Virus record (IMG/VR): IMGVR_UViG_3300009709_000001
Span: 317,336-381,335 of that record
Source: a virus
Lineage: Duplodnaviria > Heunggongvirae > Uroviricota > Caudoviricetes
Length of the DNA stretch: 64,000 nt
Direction: 5' to 3' (one strand)
The stretch's first letter is position 1, and each line of letters starts with the position of its first letter. The notes beneath the pieces are model-generated. The model was not told the origin of the DNA, did not search any database, and was given only the letters and a program-made list of their open reading frames with translations. Positions 25,642 through 33,292 of the stretch are shown in pieces. The translations under genes and the position numbers were made by a program.

Positions 25642-26820
25642 TTACCAGTCGCTGCTGCCGGAATCGCTGCTGGAGCTGCTGCCGGAGTCGGACGAACCCC
25701 AGCTGCTGCCGCTGTCGCTGCTCGAACTGGACCAGCTGCTGGAACGGCTGCTGCTGTCGTCATCGTCACGGCTGGACGAATAGCTCGGAGCAGGGGCCGG
25801 CGCGTAGTACGGTGCAGGGGCGGGAGCCGGTTCCGGGGCAGAGCTGGAGCTGAACTCGGAAGTACCACCCCACTCGGCGTCGTCCTTGGCCGAGCTGCTG
25901 AAGGTCGGTGCAGGTGCCGTGATCACGGGCGGGGTGTACGTCGAAGCACTCGAACTGTAGTCACTGGTGCCCGAGGATTCCTCGCGGCGTCGACGAGTCA
26001 CAGTGTCATCATCATGACGATGACGGAGCGCATCGCTGATCATGTTGCCAGCAACCACACCACCTGCCACTGCCACACCCGTTTCCAGAGCCGACGGACC
26101 GGTATGGACCACGGTCGGAGGAACATAGGTGGGTGCCGGAGGAGCCGTATAGGTGCGCGACGGACGGGACCATGCAGCCGGGCTCGGTGCCGGAGGCGTC
26201 GAATAGGTGCTGCGAGTGGTACCCATACCGCTACTGGCCGTGGTCACAGAGGAGGGAGCCGAGGTAGCGGTTGCAGTCACAGGACTGGAGAAGTCGACGC
26301 CACCGTCTTCAGACTTGGTCCGGCGATACCAGTAGTAGCCCAGGCCACCCAGCGTGAACAGGAACAGCAGAACCAGGAACTTGGAACCGAACGAGCTGCC
26401 TTCATCGGCCGGCTTCGTTACCGCCACGGGTTGTGCCTGCACTTGAGGTGCAGCTTGGACGACCACGGGAGGAGGGGGCGGCACATAGGCCTGGACCACC
26501 GGCTGACGGGCGCCGGCGATGTCGCGTTCCATCTTGGCGAACAGGCGCGAACCGAGCACGTCACCCTTGTGATCGTATGCGCGGACGGCGTCCAGTTCAC
26601 GCTGGGCGAGATTGGGGTCTCGTTCCAGACACATGATCGTTGCCGCATTCAGCAGGTGAGCGCGAGCGCTATCCGGGCGCGACACCAGGATCTCATTCAC
26701 GTAATTGCGCGCTTGGGCGCAGTTGCCGTTTTCCAGGGCGGATTCGACCTGCTTCGGACTGGGGAGGGCCATTGCGGTCGCAGACAGCAAGGCAAGGGAA
26801 AGGGACAGAATACGCTTCAT
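25642..26820 (-). CDS. secreted bitopic protein with TPR-like N-domain, poly-Pro linker, TM helix and Ser/Thr/Pro-rich tail (392 aa)
   Basis: Signal peptide (LSLSLALLSATAMALP), then a helical TPR-like segment and 'PPPPPVVVQAAPQVQAQP'. This is followed by the TM helix 'FLVLLFLFTLGGLGYYWY' and a long S/T/P/A-rich tail ending in SSSDSGSS repeats. About 65% GC; the antisense plus ORF 25630..26826 is judged spurious. Confidence 0.6.
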   Translation of the reverse strand: MKRILSLSLALLSATAMALPSPKQVESALENGNCAQARNYVNEILVSRPDSARAHLLNAATIMCLERDPNLAQRELDAVRAYDHKGDVLGSRLFAKMERDIAGARQPVVQAYVPPPPPVVVQAAPQVQAQPVAVTKPADEGSSFGSKFLVLLFLFTLGGLGYYWYRRTKSEDGGVDFSSPVTATATSAPSSVTTASSGMGTTRSTYSTPPAPSPAAWSRPSRTYTAPPAPTYVPPTVVHTGPSALETGVAVAGGVVAGNMISDALRHRHDDDTVTRRRREESSGTSDYSSSASTYTPPVITAPAPTFSSSAKDDAEWGGTSEFSSSSAPEPAPAPAPYYAPAPAPSYSSSRDDDDSSSRSSSWSSSSSDSGSSWGSSDSGSSSSSDSGSSDW

Positions 26821-26843
26821 GTGTAGCTCCTTGGGGGTGAAAA

Positions 26844-26865
26844 CTGGGGCCCCGAAGGGCCCCAG
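26844..26865 (-). terminator. GC-rich hairpin terminator/attenuator after AAA ATPase gene
   Basis: Minus-strand RNA: CUGGGGCCC-UUCG-GGGCCCCAG followed by UUUUCACCCCCAAGGAG(RBS)...AUG of the next gene. Confidence 0.5.
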
Positions 26866-26868
26866 GGG

Positions 26869-27966
26869 TCAGATTGCAGCCATCCAGTCGTAGTTGGCGC
26901 GGCCGTACACCTCACGGGTGAACACCACGACCGTCTGCGCCGGCGTACCTTCGTCGACCACGTAAGTGAACGTACCCGCTTCCGGTTCGATGCGCTTCAG
27001 GTGCTTCGGATTCAGCTCCAGGGTGAAGCTGTCGTCCTTGTCTTCCGGGCAGCCGGCCGACTCGCCAACGCTGATGTTCAGCTCTTCGCTGGCCACCGGG
27101 CTTCCGCGCCACGTGTCGGGGTAGATGCGGTTGGTGTCGATCGCCTTGCCTTCGCGGATGATGCTGACCTTGTGGCGCATGCTGCTGTCGGCGAACGGTT
27201 TCGCGTTGAGCAGTTCCAGCACTTGGTGCGGCGTCTCGTTGTAGCGGTTCATGTCTTCGACCAGCGCCTTCAGCATGTCGAAGTTGAAGCTTTCGTACAG
27301 CATGGCCAGACGGCAGATCGTCGGGATGTGCGTCTTGTCGTTGAGGCGATCGTTGCAGTATTCTTCGATGAACGCTGCGTCGATGCCCTTGTACTCCAGG
27401 CAGTAGAAGACACGACCCGGCCGATTGCGCATGTGGCTGTTGACGCGGTACTTGTCGTTGCAGGTCAGGATGAACAGCTTCTTGCTCGGGAACACGCCGT
27501 CGAGCAGGGTCAGGATAGCTTCCTGTTCCTTTTCGCCGAACACCTTCTCGAACTCGTCGAACACGACCACGCACGGCTGGTTGATGTTCTGAATGAAGGC
27601 GTTGAAGCCGTCACCGCAGAAGTCGCTGTTGATGACCAGGACGGGCATGTTGTGCGCTTCAACCGCGTTCTTGGCGATGAGCTTGGCCAACATCGTCTTG
27701 CCCGAACCCTTTTCGCCGGTCAGCAGCACACCAGTGCTGTTCGGGCGATCGAGGAAGGTGCTCATGATGCGATCAGCACGGCCGTGGATGTTGCCGTAGA
27801 TCTTGCCGTCGATGTTGAAGTTGTTGATGGGCTTCAAGAAGAAGCCTCGGCCCGGCATTGCACCGACCGTGTACGTGCCCGGGGGCAGCGTCTCGTGCAT
27901 GTCGAGCGCCGCTTTCGGGGTGGGGAAAAACAAGCCGCCTTCGCGGGAGAAAATGGTGCTACTCAT
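26869..27966 (-). CDS. classical-clade AAA ATPase (365 aa)
   Basis: Walker A 'GEKGSGKT', Walker B 'VVVFDEFE', SRH-like 'TCNDKYRVNSHMRNRPGRVFY'; a ~90-aa N-terminal domain; GC-rich. Confidence 0.8.
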   Translation of the reverse strand: MSSTIFSREGGLFFPTPKAALDMHETLPPGTYTVGAMPGRGFFLKPINNFNIDGKIYGNIHGRADRIMSTFLDRPNSTGVLLTGEKGSGKTMLAKLIAKNAVEAHNMPVLVINSDFCGDGFNAFIQNINQPCVVVFDEFEKVFGEKEQEAILTLLDGVFPSKKLFILTCNDKYRVNSHMRNRPGRVFYCLEYKGIDAAFIEEYCNDRLNDKTHIPTICRLAMLYESFNFDMLKALVEDMNRYNETPHQVLELLNAKPFADSSMRHKVSIIREGKAIDTNRIYPDTWRGSPVASEELNISVGESAGCPEDKDDSFTLELNPKHLKRIEPEAGTFTYVVDEGTPAQTVVVFTREVYGRANYDWMAAI

Positions 27967-28056
27967 CGCTTCTTTCTTGGTTGCGGGATAAATCCCTGGT
28001 TAAATTTGTTTAACAGTCTCTATTTTATGCAGACGCGTGCGGTGACGCAACTGATT

Positions 28057-28287
28057 TTATAGGTTGTAGTTTCTGATCCAGGAAGCCGTTTCTTCGTTGT
28101 CGGTATACAACATAATTTTCGAATGCGGATCGTAACCCTGCTTTTCGATAATATATGTTTTCGAATCAACGGAATCCTTCAGAGAGCGGAAGAAATCCGC
28201 CATTTCCAAAAGATTCTCCATATTGATCTGGCCAAAGTTGAAACCAAACTTGGCCTTCCGTGCTTTCACTTCAACAAAGACACTCAT
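28057..28287 (-). CDS. hypothetical protein (76 aa)
   Basis: Minus-strand small ORF; ends 'LYTDNEETASWIRNYNL' (acidic motif echo). Confidence 0.4.
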   Translation of the reverse strand: MSVFVEVKARKAKFGFNFGQINMENLLEMADFFRSLKDSVDSKTYIIEKQGYDPHSKIMLYTDNEETASWIRNYNL

Positions 28288-28364
28288 AGCGTACCCACCA
28301 CAGTTTCATCTTTTAATTTCCAAATGCCATCGCCAATTATTGGTCCAAAAAGATAAATAAACAT

Positions 28365-29192
28365 ATGAATACTCCATTTCTAAATAACAAATATACTGCC
28401 CGATATTATAAAATTATTAATACCGTTTTAGAATTAAATCGAAAGAAATTAAAAAGAAATAACCCTGATTACAGGTATTATGAATTGCATCATATTATTC
28501 CCAAATCATTAGGTGGTGACAATTCTTCTGCAAATCTTATACCTTTGACACCAAGGGAACATTATATATGCCACCTTTTACTCACCCGAATGACTGAAGG
28601 TAAAAATAGATATAAGATGCTCTGTGCATTCAACAGAATAACAAATAGAGGCCAGGCAGAAATTAAAAATTCTAGATTATATAATTCTATTCGAGAAGAC
28701 TTTTCGAAATCGCAGGCCGAAAATTATAAAGGTGATAAAAATCATTTTTATGGAAAGACTCACACAAAAGAAATCAGAGATTATTTAGCTGAGGTATGTC
28801 CACGATTCGGTAAAGATAATGGCAATTTTGGTAAATCATTATCTCAATCACAAAAAGATGCAATTTCGAAAAGTAATAAATCCAGAAAAATTATACCTCC
28901 ACCTCCGCAACTCGGTTCAAAAAATCATTTTTCTAAGATTTATAAAATAATCGACCCAACCGGTAATAAATTTACAATAAAATGCATGAGTGAATTTTGT
29001 GAAAGAAACAATCTTTGTAGTCGAACAATGATTTTATTTAAGGACAAAGGAAAAATTCCTGAATTGCAATTCGAACGAGAATATCGTGTAAAGAATCTCC
29101 AAGCAAAGAAGAACTGTGAAGGTTATTCTATTATTTCAATGACCTCGCCCCTTGGTCCTTTTCCATCAATCGACCATACAGTTACCGGATAA
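28365..29192 (+). CDS. HNH homing endonuclease with NUMOD-like repeats
   Basis: 'YYELHHIIPKSLGGDNSSANLIPLTPREHYICHLLL'; GATAAATA at 28352-28359 lies only 5 nt upstream of the ATG. Confidence 0.85.
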   Translation: MNTPFLNNKYTARYYKIINTVLELNRKKLKRNNPDYRYYELHHIIPKSLGGDNSSANLIPLTPREHYICHLLLTRMTEGKNRYKMLCAFNRITNRGQAEIKNSRLYNSIREDFSKSQAENYKGDKNHFYGKTHTKEIRDYLAEVCPRFGKDNGNFGKSLSQSQKDAISKSNKSRKIIPPPPQLGSKNHFSKIYKIIDPTGNKFTIKCMSEFCERNNLCSRTMILFKDKGKIPELQFEREYRVKNLQAKKNCEGYSIISMTSPLGPFPSIDHTVTG

Positions 29193-29626
29193 GTAACTGT
29201 TTCTTCAATAATGCTCTTAATTATATTCCACGAACCTCCGCCGAGGCCAGCACCAATAAACGGAATATGAATTTCCTTGGGTTGAAGATCTGCCATGCTT
29301 TCGAAGCCAGCATTTAGGTAATCCTCAACTTGTTGAAAACAAGTCTGAACTGCGTCATAACTTGTATGACGACCTGGACCACCAAACCCGTCTTGTGTCA
29401 CGGCATTCCAAATCTTGAGATTGATCGTTGCCAGAGATGGATATGCATTACCGAGTTTAAGCTTACCGGCTTCATATAGCTCACGGTAATCAAGATACAC
29501 ACTCGGATAAAGATTCTTGACTCCGAGCGCAACACCCGAACCCATCACACCTTGTGCGTTACAACCATGGACAATATGTCCGGCTGTGACATTGAACAAA
29601 TTACCGGTTTTGACTTGGATCTTCAT
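29123..29626 (-). CDS. macro-domain protein (ADP-ribose binding/processing)
   Basis: 'GHIVHGCNAQGVMGSGVALGV' matches the macro-domain N-AAN...GGGV signature, and 'IHIPFIGAGLGGGSW' matches the second glycine-rich loop. Confidence 0.7.
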   Translation of the reverse strand: MKIQVKTGNLFNVTAGHIVHGCNAQGVMGSGVALGVKNLYPSVYLDYRELYEAGKLKLGNAYPSLATINLKIWNAVTQDGFGGPGRHTSYDAVQTCFQQVEDYLNAGFESMADLQPKEIHIPFIGAGLGGGSWNIIKSIIEETVTYPVTVWSIDGKGPRGEVIEIIE

Positions 29627-29636
29627 TTCTTACCTT

Positions 29637-30155
29637 TCAGTATTCGGCAGGACCTTCTTCGATCTCGGGACGAACAATTTCGACACGAGCGCAATACTTC
29701 TCTTTCCACGACTTGTAAGCTTCCTTGACAAAGCCGTCCGGATCATTGCGATGTGCTTCCTTATATTCTTGGCGTTTCTCACTAAACCAAGACATTAGCG
29801 CTACGAAGCCTATTGCAAGGCCAAGGACAGCGATGACACCCATGGCGAGCTGGGCAACCTCGCTGAAGATGAACATGCCATACCAGAGGCTGAAACCGAT
29901 GCCAACAAGTATTTGCGACACGACAAAAGATGCAAGAGTTACACCGAGCAGAATAAGCCCGATTGTCAACAATGAAAACAGGAAGTATCTTGTGTAGGAA
30001 CAAATATCCACAAGGTCACGATCGCGTGCCGGTGTATATTTGTAAATCATCTTGTAATGCCAGCTATCGGGGCTAAACTTGAGAGTTTTCATTATTCGAT
30101 CCTTTGGTTGAGTGTTTTGGTTACATCTTCGATCAGAATGTCCTCGGGGATCCAT
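29637..30155 (-). CDS. membrane protein (172 aa, ~3 TM)
   Basis: Hydrophobic helices (YFLFSLLTIGLILLGVTLASFVV, IGFSLWYGMFIF, AMGVIAVLGLAIGFVALM). Confidence 0.5.
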   Translation of the reverse strand: MDPRGHSDRRCNQNTQPKDRIMKTLKFSPDSWHYKMIYKYTPARDRDLVDICSYTRYFLFSLLTIGLILLGVTLASFVVSQILVGIGFSLWYGMFIFSEVAQLAMGVIAVLGLAIGFVALMSWFSEKRQEYKEAHRNDPDGFVKEAYKSWKEKYCARVEIVRPEIEEGPAEY

Positions 30156-30544
30156 TCGACCTTGTGACTTTCGTACACACGGGTATAGAACTCGCTGCTG
30201 CCGAACAGATCGTGCACAAATTCATGAGCACAATCACCGAAGTCTTCGGTGTCGAGATATTCGGCAATGTTCTCATCGGGCATTGCTTCCGGAGGATGCC
30301 TCTTGAATAGTGTGCGCATTGCAGCAACGTAGGTCTTTTGCTCCCTGTCATTAGGCTCATACATATTACCGAAACCAGCCGGCCAGTTGTTCTTCGATTT
30401 GTGTAGAAGGGCAAGTTCGACCAACAACTTGACTTGAGGAAGAGTAAGACCTTCGGTAATGGTTGTGTTGTAACTATCACCGTCATTTTCCCATGACGTG
30501 ACAGTCAATCGGTAACCCTTAGGGATTCGTGTTTGGACGCTCAT
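30092..30544 (-). CDS. hypothetical protein (150 aa)
   Basis: Minus-strand ORF; partially overlaps its neighbour. Confidence 0.45.
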   Translation of the reverse strand: MSVQTRIPKGYRLTVTSWENDGDSYNTTITEGLTLPQVKLLVELALLHKSKNNWPAGFGNMYEPNDREQKTYVAAMRTLFKRHPPEAMPDENIAEYLDTEDFGDCAHEFVHDLFGSSEFYTRVYESHKVEWIPEDILIEDVTKTLNQRIE

Positions 30545-30759
30545 TTCTTACCTTTCAGTTTTTCTACTACCTTTTCCATATCGTATAATGCCTTGCATTC
30601 AGGTGGCATACCGATACTTCCTACGACTGCCATACAAGTGGTGCAGCGATAACTGATTCCACTTGAGATATCGAATTCTGCAATACTTCCACAGAGCAAC
30701 TCGATGTCAGGCTCATTACTCGGTTCTATATAAGACCAATCAGGATTTGATTTCCACAT
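30541..30759 (-). CDS. small Cys-rich zinc-ribbon-like protein (72 aa)
   Basis: 'LCGSIAEF...CTTCMAVVGSIGMPPECKAL' could form a four-Cys site. Confidence 0.4.
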   Translation of the reverse strand: MWKSNPDWSYIEPSNEPDIELLCGSIAEFDISSGISYRCTTCMAVVGSIGMPPECKALYDMEKVVEKLKGKK

Positions 30760-30762
30760 CTT

Positions 30763-31035
30763 TTATAAATTCTTTCCGGAGAGTTTCGCAATTATTTGTT
30801 CTTCTTCAATAAATTTCTTCGCTTCGGTTATGAACGTAAGTAGCTCATTCGGACTTACCTTAGTGCTTAGGCTGAAATTACCCTGAGACATAATCAGTTC
30901 GCCATTGCTCTTGATTGCTATTCTAACATCCTTACTGGCATAACCAGTACTTGCATCACACTGTTGGACTTCAATGCCGATTCGATCGGATTGACCTTCC
31001 ATCTCATTAACCGTTAAATACCGTACAGTTGTCAT
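30763..31035 (-). CDS. hypothetical protein (90 aa)
   Basis: Minus-strand ORF. Confidence 0.4.
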   Translation of the reverse strand: MTTVRYLTVNEMEGQSDRIGIEVQQCDASTGYASKDVRIAIKSNGELIMSQGNFSLSTKVSPNELLTFITEAKKFIEEEQIIAKLSGKNL

Positions 31036-31112
31036 TGTGTTTGTGTGCGTGTGGCGTTGCGTATTGTGCGTTGGAATTTAACGTTAAAACCGTGCAATTT
31101 AGCGTGGCTGCT

Positions 31113-31307
31113 TTAGATTCTGCCCTGTAGCTTTAAAAAGGTATAGCGCTCTTGCAAAGCTTCGTTAAACTCTTCGAGTGTCCAACCCCTCATTTCGCAA
31201 ATCTTGGTTAGTACTGCCGCATCTGTTATCGACGTGTTCATTCGATAAATTGCAAGTTCATTTCGCAATACATCAAAATCACACTTTACAATAGGTGAAT
31301 GGTCCAT
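31113..31307 (-). CDS. hypothetical protein (64 aa)
   Basis: Minus-strand small ORF. Confidence 0.35.
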   Translation of the reverse strand: MDHSPIVKCDFDVLRNELAIYRMNTSITDAAVLTKICEMRGWTLEEFNEALQERYTFLKLQGRI

Positions 31308-31340
31308 GCAACATTATTGCACGGACCATCGAAAACTACA

Positions 31341-31359
31341 ACAGGGCCAAGGGCCCTGT
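31341..31359 (-). terminator. GGGCC-core hairpin after SPFH gene
   Basis: ACAGGGCC-AAG-GGCCCTGT starting 6 nt past the stop at 31365, followed on the minus strand by UGUAGUUUUCG. Confidence 0.45.
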
Positions 31360-31364
31360 GTTTC

Positions 31365-32612
31365 TTAGCGCTTGTTGGTTGCTGCGCCGCCCTTGACCGA
31401 CAAGTCGATGCCCATTTCACGAGCAGTCTTTGCCGTCATCAGGTCCACCAGATCAGTTGCACGGCTGGCCGAACCACCCGAACCCGATGCGCCCATCACC
31501 ACTTGCGGGCTCCAAGCACCCGGTTGTGCCTTCTCGATCGCCGCTGCGTACAGGCCGTTGATCTTGACCAGCGCTTCCAGCTTCTTGTCCAGTTGACCGT
31601 CAGCTTCCATGACCAGGCGCTTGCGAGTTGCTTCACCTTCACCGCGCAGCACTTCAGACTTCTTGAACGCTTCTGCTTCCTTGACTTGCGCTTCCGCGAT
31701 CGTCACTCGAGCTTGGGCTTCAGCAATCGTCTTCGCAGCCAGGGTCTTTTGTTCCCATTCGGCCTTGGCAGCGTTTGCCTTACCTTGAGCTTCGGCAGTC
31801 AGCGTATCCTGGTCGGCCTTCTTCGCAGTTGCGATGGCCACCACAGCCGCGTTCGTTGCCGCCTGTTGTTCCTGAATCTGCTTCTCGACACGGTCCTCGT
31901 ACTTGAAGCCCGAGATCGTCATCGGCAGCATCTGCACGTTGTACTTCTGCACATAGCTGGCCTGAGCACGCAGCGGAGCACCCTTTTCATCCTTGATGAT
32001 CTCGGTGACCGTCATGTCCTTTTCCACACCAGCGATGTCCTTGGCACGAACCACCACGCTTCGCGTCTTGTAGACGCCGTTCAGCGTTTGATCGTTCATG
32101 ATCTGCAGGAGTTCGTTGCGACGACCAGCTGCCGATTCGAACGAAGTCATCGTCGGACCGGAGAAGGTTGCAGCCGATTCCATGGAGCGTCGGATGGCTT
32201 GCAGCTCGAAGGCTTCGGCCGAACGGAACTCCTTGTGGATCTCGATCACGTCTTTCGGCGTCAGGGGCATCAGCCACGAGATGGAGCCGCAGAGTGCCGC
32301 GTTACCGCCGTCATAGAAACGAATCGCCAGACCAGCGGATGCTTGCGCATGAGCTTTGTCAGTGTCGTTCTTGGCGCAGGCCGGGTCGATGAACTTCAGT
32401 TCGTTACGACGCGGGTACTTGGTGACAGTGCCGAAGCCTTGCCATTTCCAGCCCGGGTCGGTATATACCGCCAGTTCGCCCGACATCGGGCTTTGGATCA
32501 CCATGATCTCCGATGCATCCAGGTTCTCCACCAGCATGGGCGCCGAGATCATCAGGAACAGGGCCACGAAAGCGGCACTGCCGCCAATCAAAACACGTTT
32601 CAAGGACATCAT
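31365..32612 (-). CDS. SPFH/Band-7 (flotillin/HflK-like) membrane protein
   Basis: N-terminal TM helix, a band-7-like core, then a long Ala/Glu/Lys-rich coiled coil (AEAQGKANAAKAEWEQKTLAAKTIAEAQARVTIAEAQVKEAEAFKK); GC-rich; the antisense plus ORF 31299..32672 is judged spurious. Confidence 0.7.
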   Translation of the reverse strand: MMSLKRVLIGGSAAFVALFLMISAPMLVENLDASEIMVIQSPMSGELAVYTDPGWKWQGFGTVTKYPRRNELKFIDPACAKNDTDKAHAQASAGLAIRFYDGGNAALCGSISWLMPLTPKDVIEIHKEFRSAEAFELQAIRRSMESAATFSGPTMTSFESAAGRRNELLQIMNDQTLNGVYKTRSVVVRAKDIAGVEKDMTVTEIIKDEKGAPLRAQASYVQKYNVQMLPMTISGFKYEDRVEKQIQEQQAATNAAVVAIATAKKADQDTLTAEAQGKANAAKAEWEQKTLAAKTIAEAQARVTIAEAQVKEAEAFKKSEVLRGEGEATRKRLVMEADGQLDKKLEALVKINGLYAAAIEKAQPGAWSPQVVMGASGSGGSASRATDLVDLMTAKTAREMGIDLSVKGGAATNKR

Positions 32613-32857
32613 TCCTTCTTCTCCAGTTGTGCCTTACGGCGGTTGATTTCATCCAGTTCTTCGCGAAGGTGAACGTATTCACGCGCTTCTTCGAGCTCGT
32701 GCTCGGCAGCGTCGACCTTCACCTTCTGCTCCGTATCCTTGCGGAAATTCGGGAAAAGAGGAGTGCCGTACGCCAGCGGCAGACCGACTTGGGTTACGAA
32801 TAGAATCGCAACGCCAAACAGGGCGGCCAAAATCAGCAAATCAAGCAAAACAATCAT
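32609..32857 (-). CDS. small single-pass membrane protein co-transcribed upstream of SPFH gene (82 aa)
   Basis: TM helix 'MIVLLDLLILAALFGVAILFV', then a charged helix; its stop overlaps the SPFH gene start (ATGA), as in flotillin/NfeD-type pairs. Confidence 0.45.
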   Translation of the reverse strand: MIVLLDLLILAALFGVAILFVTQVGLPLAYGTPLFPNFRKDTEQKVKVDAAEHELEEAREYVHLREELDEINRRKAQLEKKE

Positions 32858-32926
32858 TTTTCCATCTCCTGCGGCGCAAGCAAAATTGTTGACCGCAAAT
32901 GCATTATAACAGTTACAGGAAGTGGG

Positions 32927-33292
32927 TCAACTGGCTTGCTTAGTGAGCCAGCCAAAAGATAGAATTTTAATTTCACGTTTTGCCTTTAGCATGCCGTGTT
33001 CTACCAAATCCGGACGAAATAGTGTAAATCTCCACCATCGTCGACATTTACCCAAAACATACATTCGATCACCCACAAAATTTCGACCTTCGAAAACGAA
33101 ATTAATTCGATGATGATTGTAGCCGGGCTTCACGGGATCCTTGTGCGTAGGCACAGACACCCCTTCTGGGATTTTGAGGAGGTAAAGATCGCATTTGAAA
33201 AATTCAGAAATCCAAAGCGGCATTTTAAAGTAACCGCTTCCTTGTCGACCTTCAATCCATTTAAAGCTCATCAGCCAGATCCTCAAGTTCAC
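32927..33292 (-). CDS. hypothetical protein (121 aa)
   Basis: Minus-strand ORF. Confidence 0.4.
   Translation of the reverse strand: MNLRIWLMSFKWIEGRQGSGYFKMPLWISEFFKCDLYLLKIPEGVSVPTHKDPVKPGYNHHRINFVFEGRNFVGDRMYVLGKCRRWWRFTLFRPDLVEHGMLKAKREIKILSFGWLTKQAS

Noticed and set aside
25630-26826. Long plus-strand ORF (398 aa, Arg/Gly-rich) antisense to the minus-strand 392-aa gene
   Set aside because: Its composition is typical of the antisense frame of high-GC coding DNA. The minus-strand product has a signal peptide, TM helix and coherent domain structure. Similar antisense ORFs 21517..22734, 27001..28062 and 31299..32672 were rejected for the same reason.
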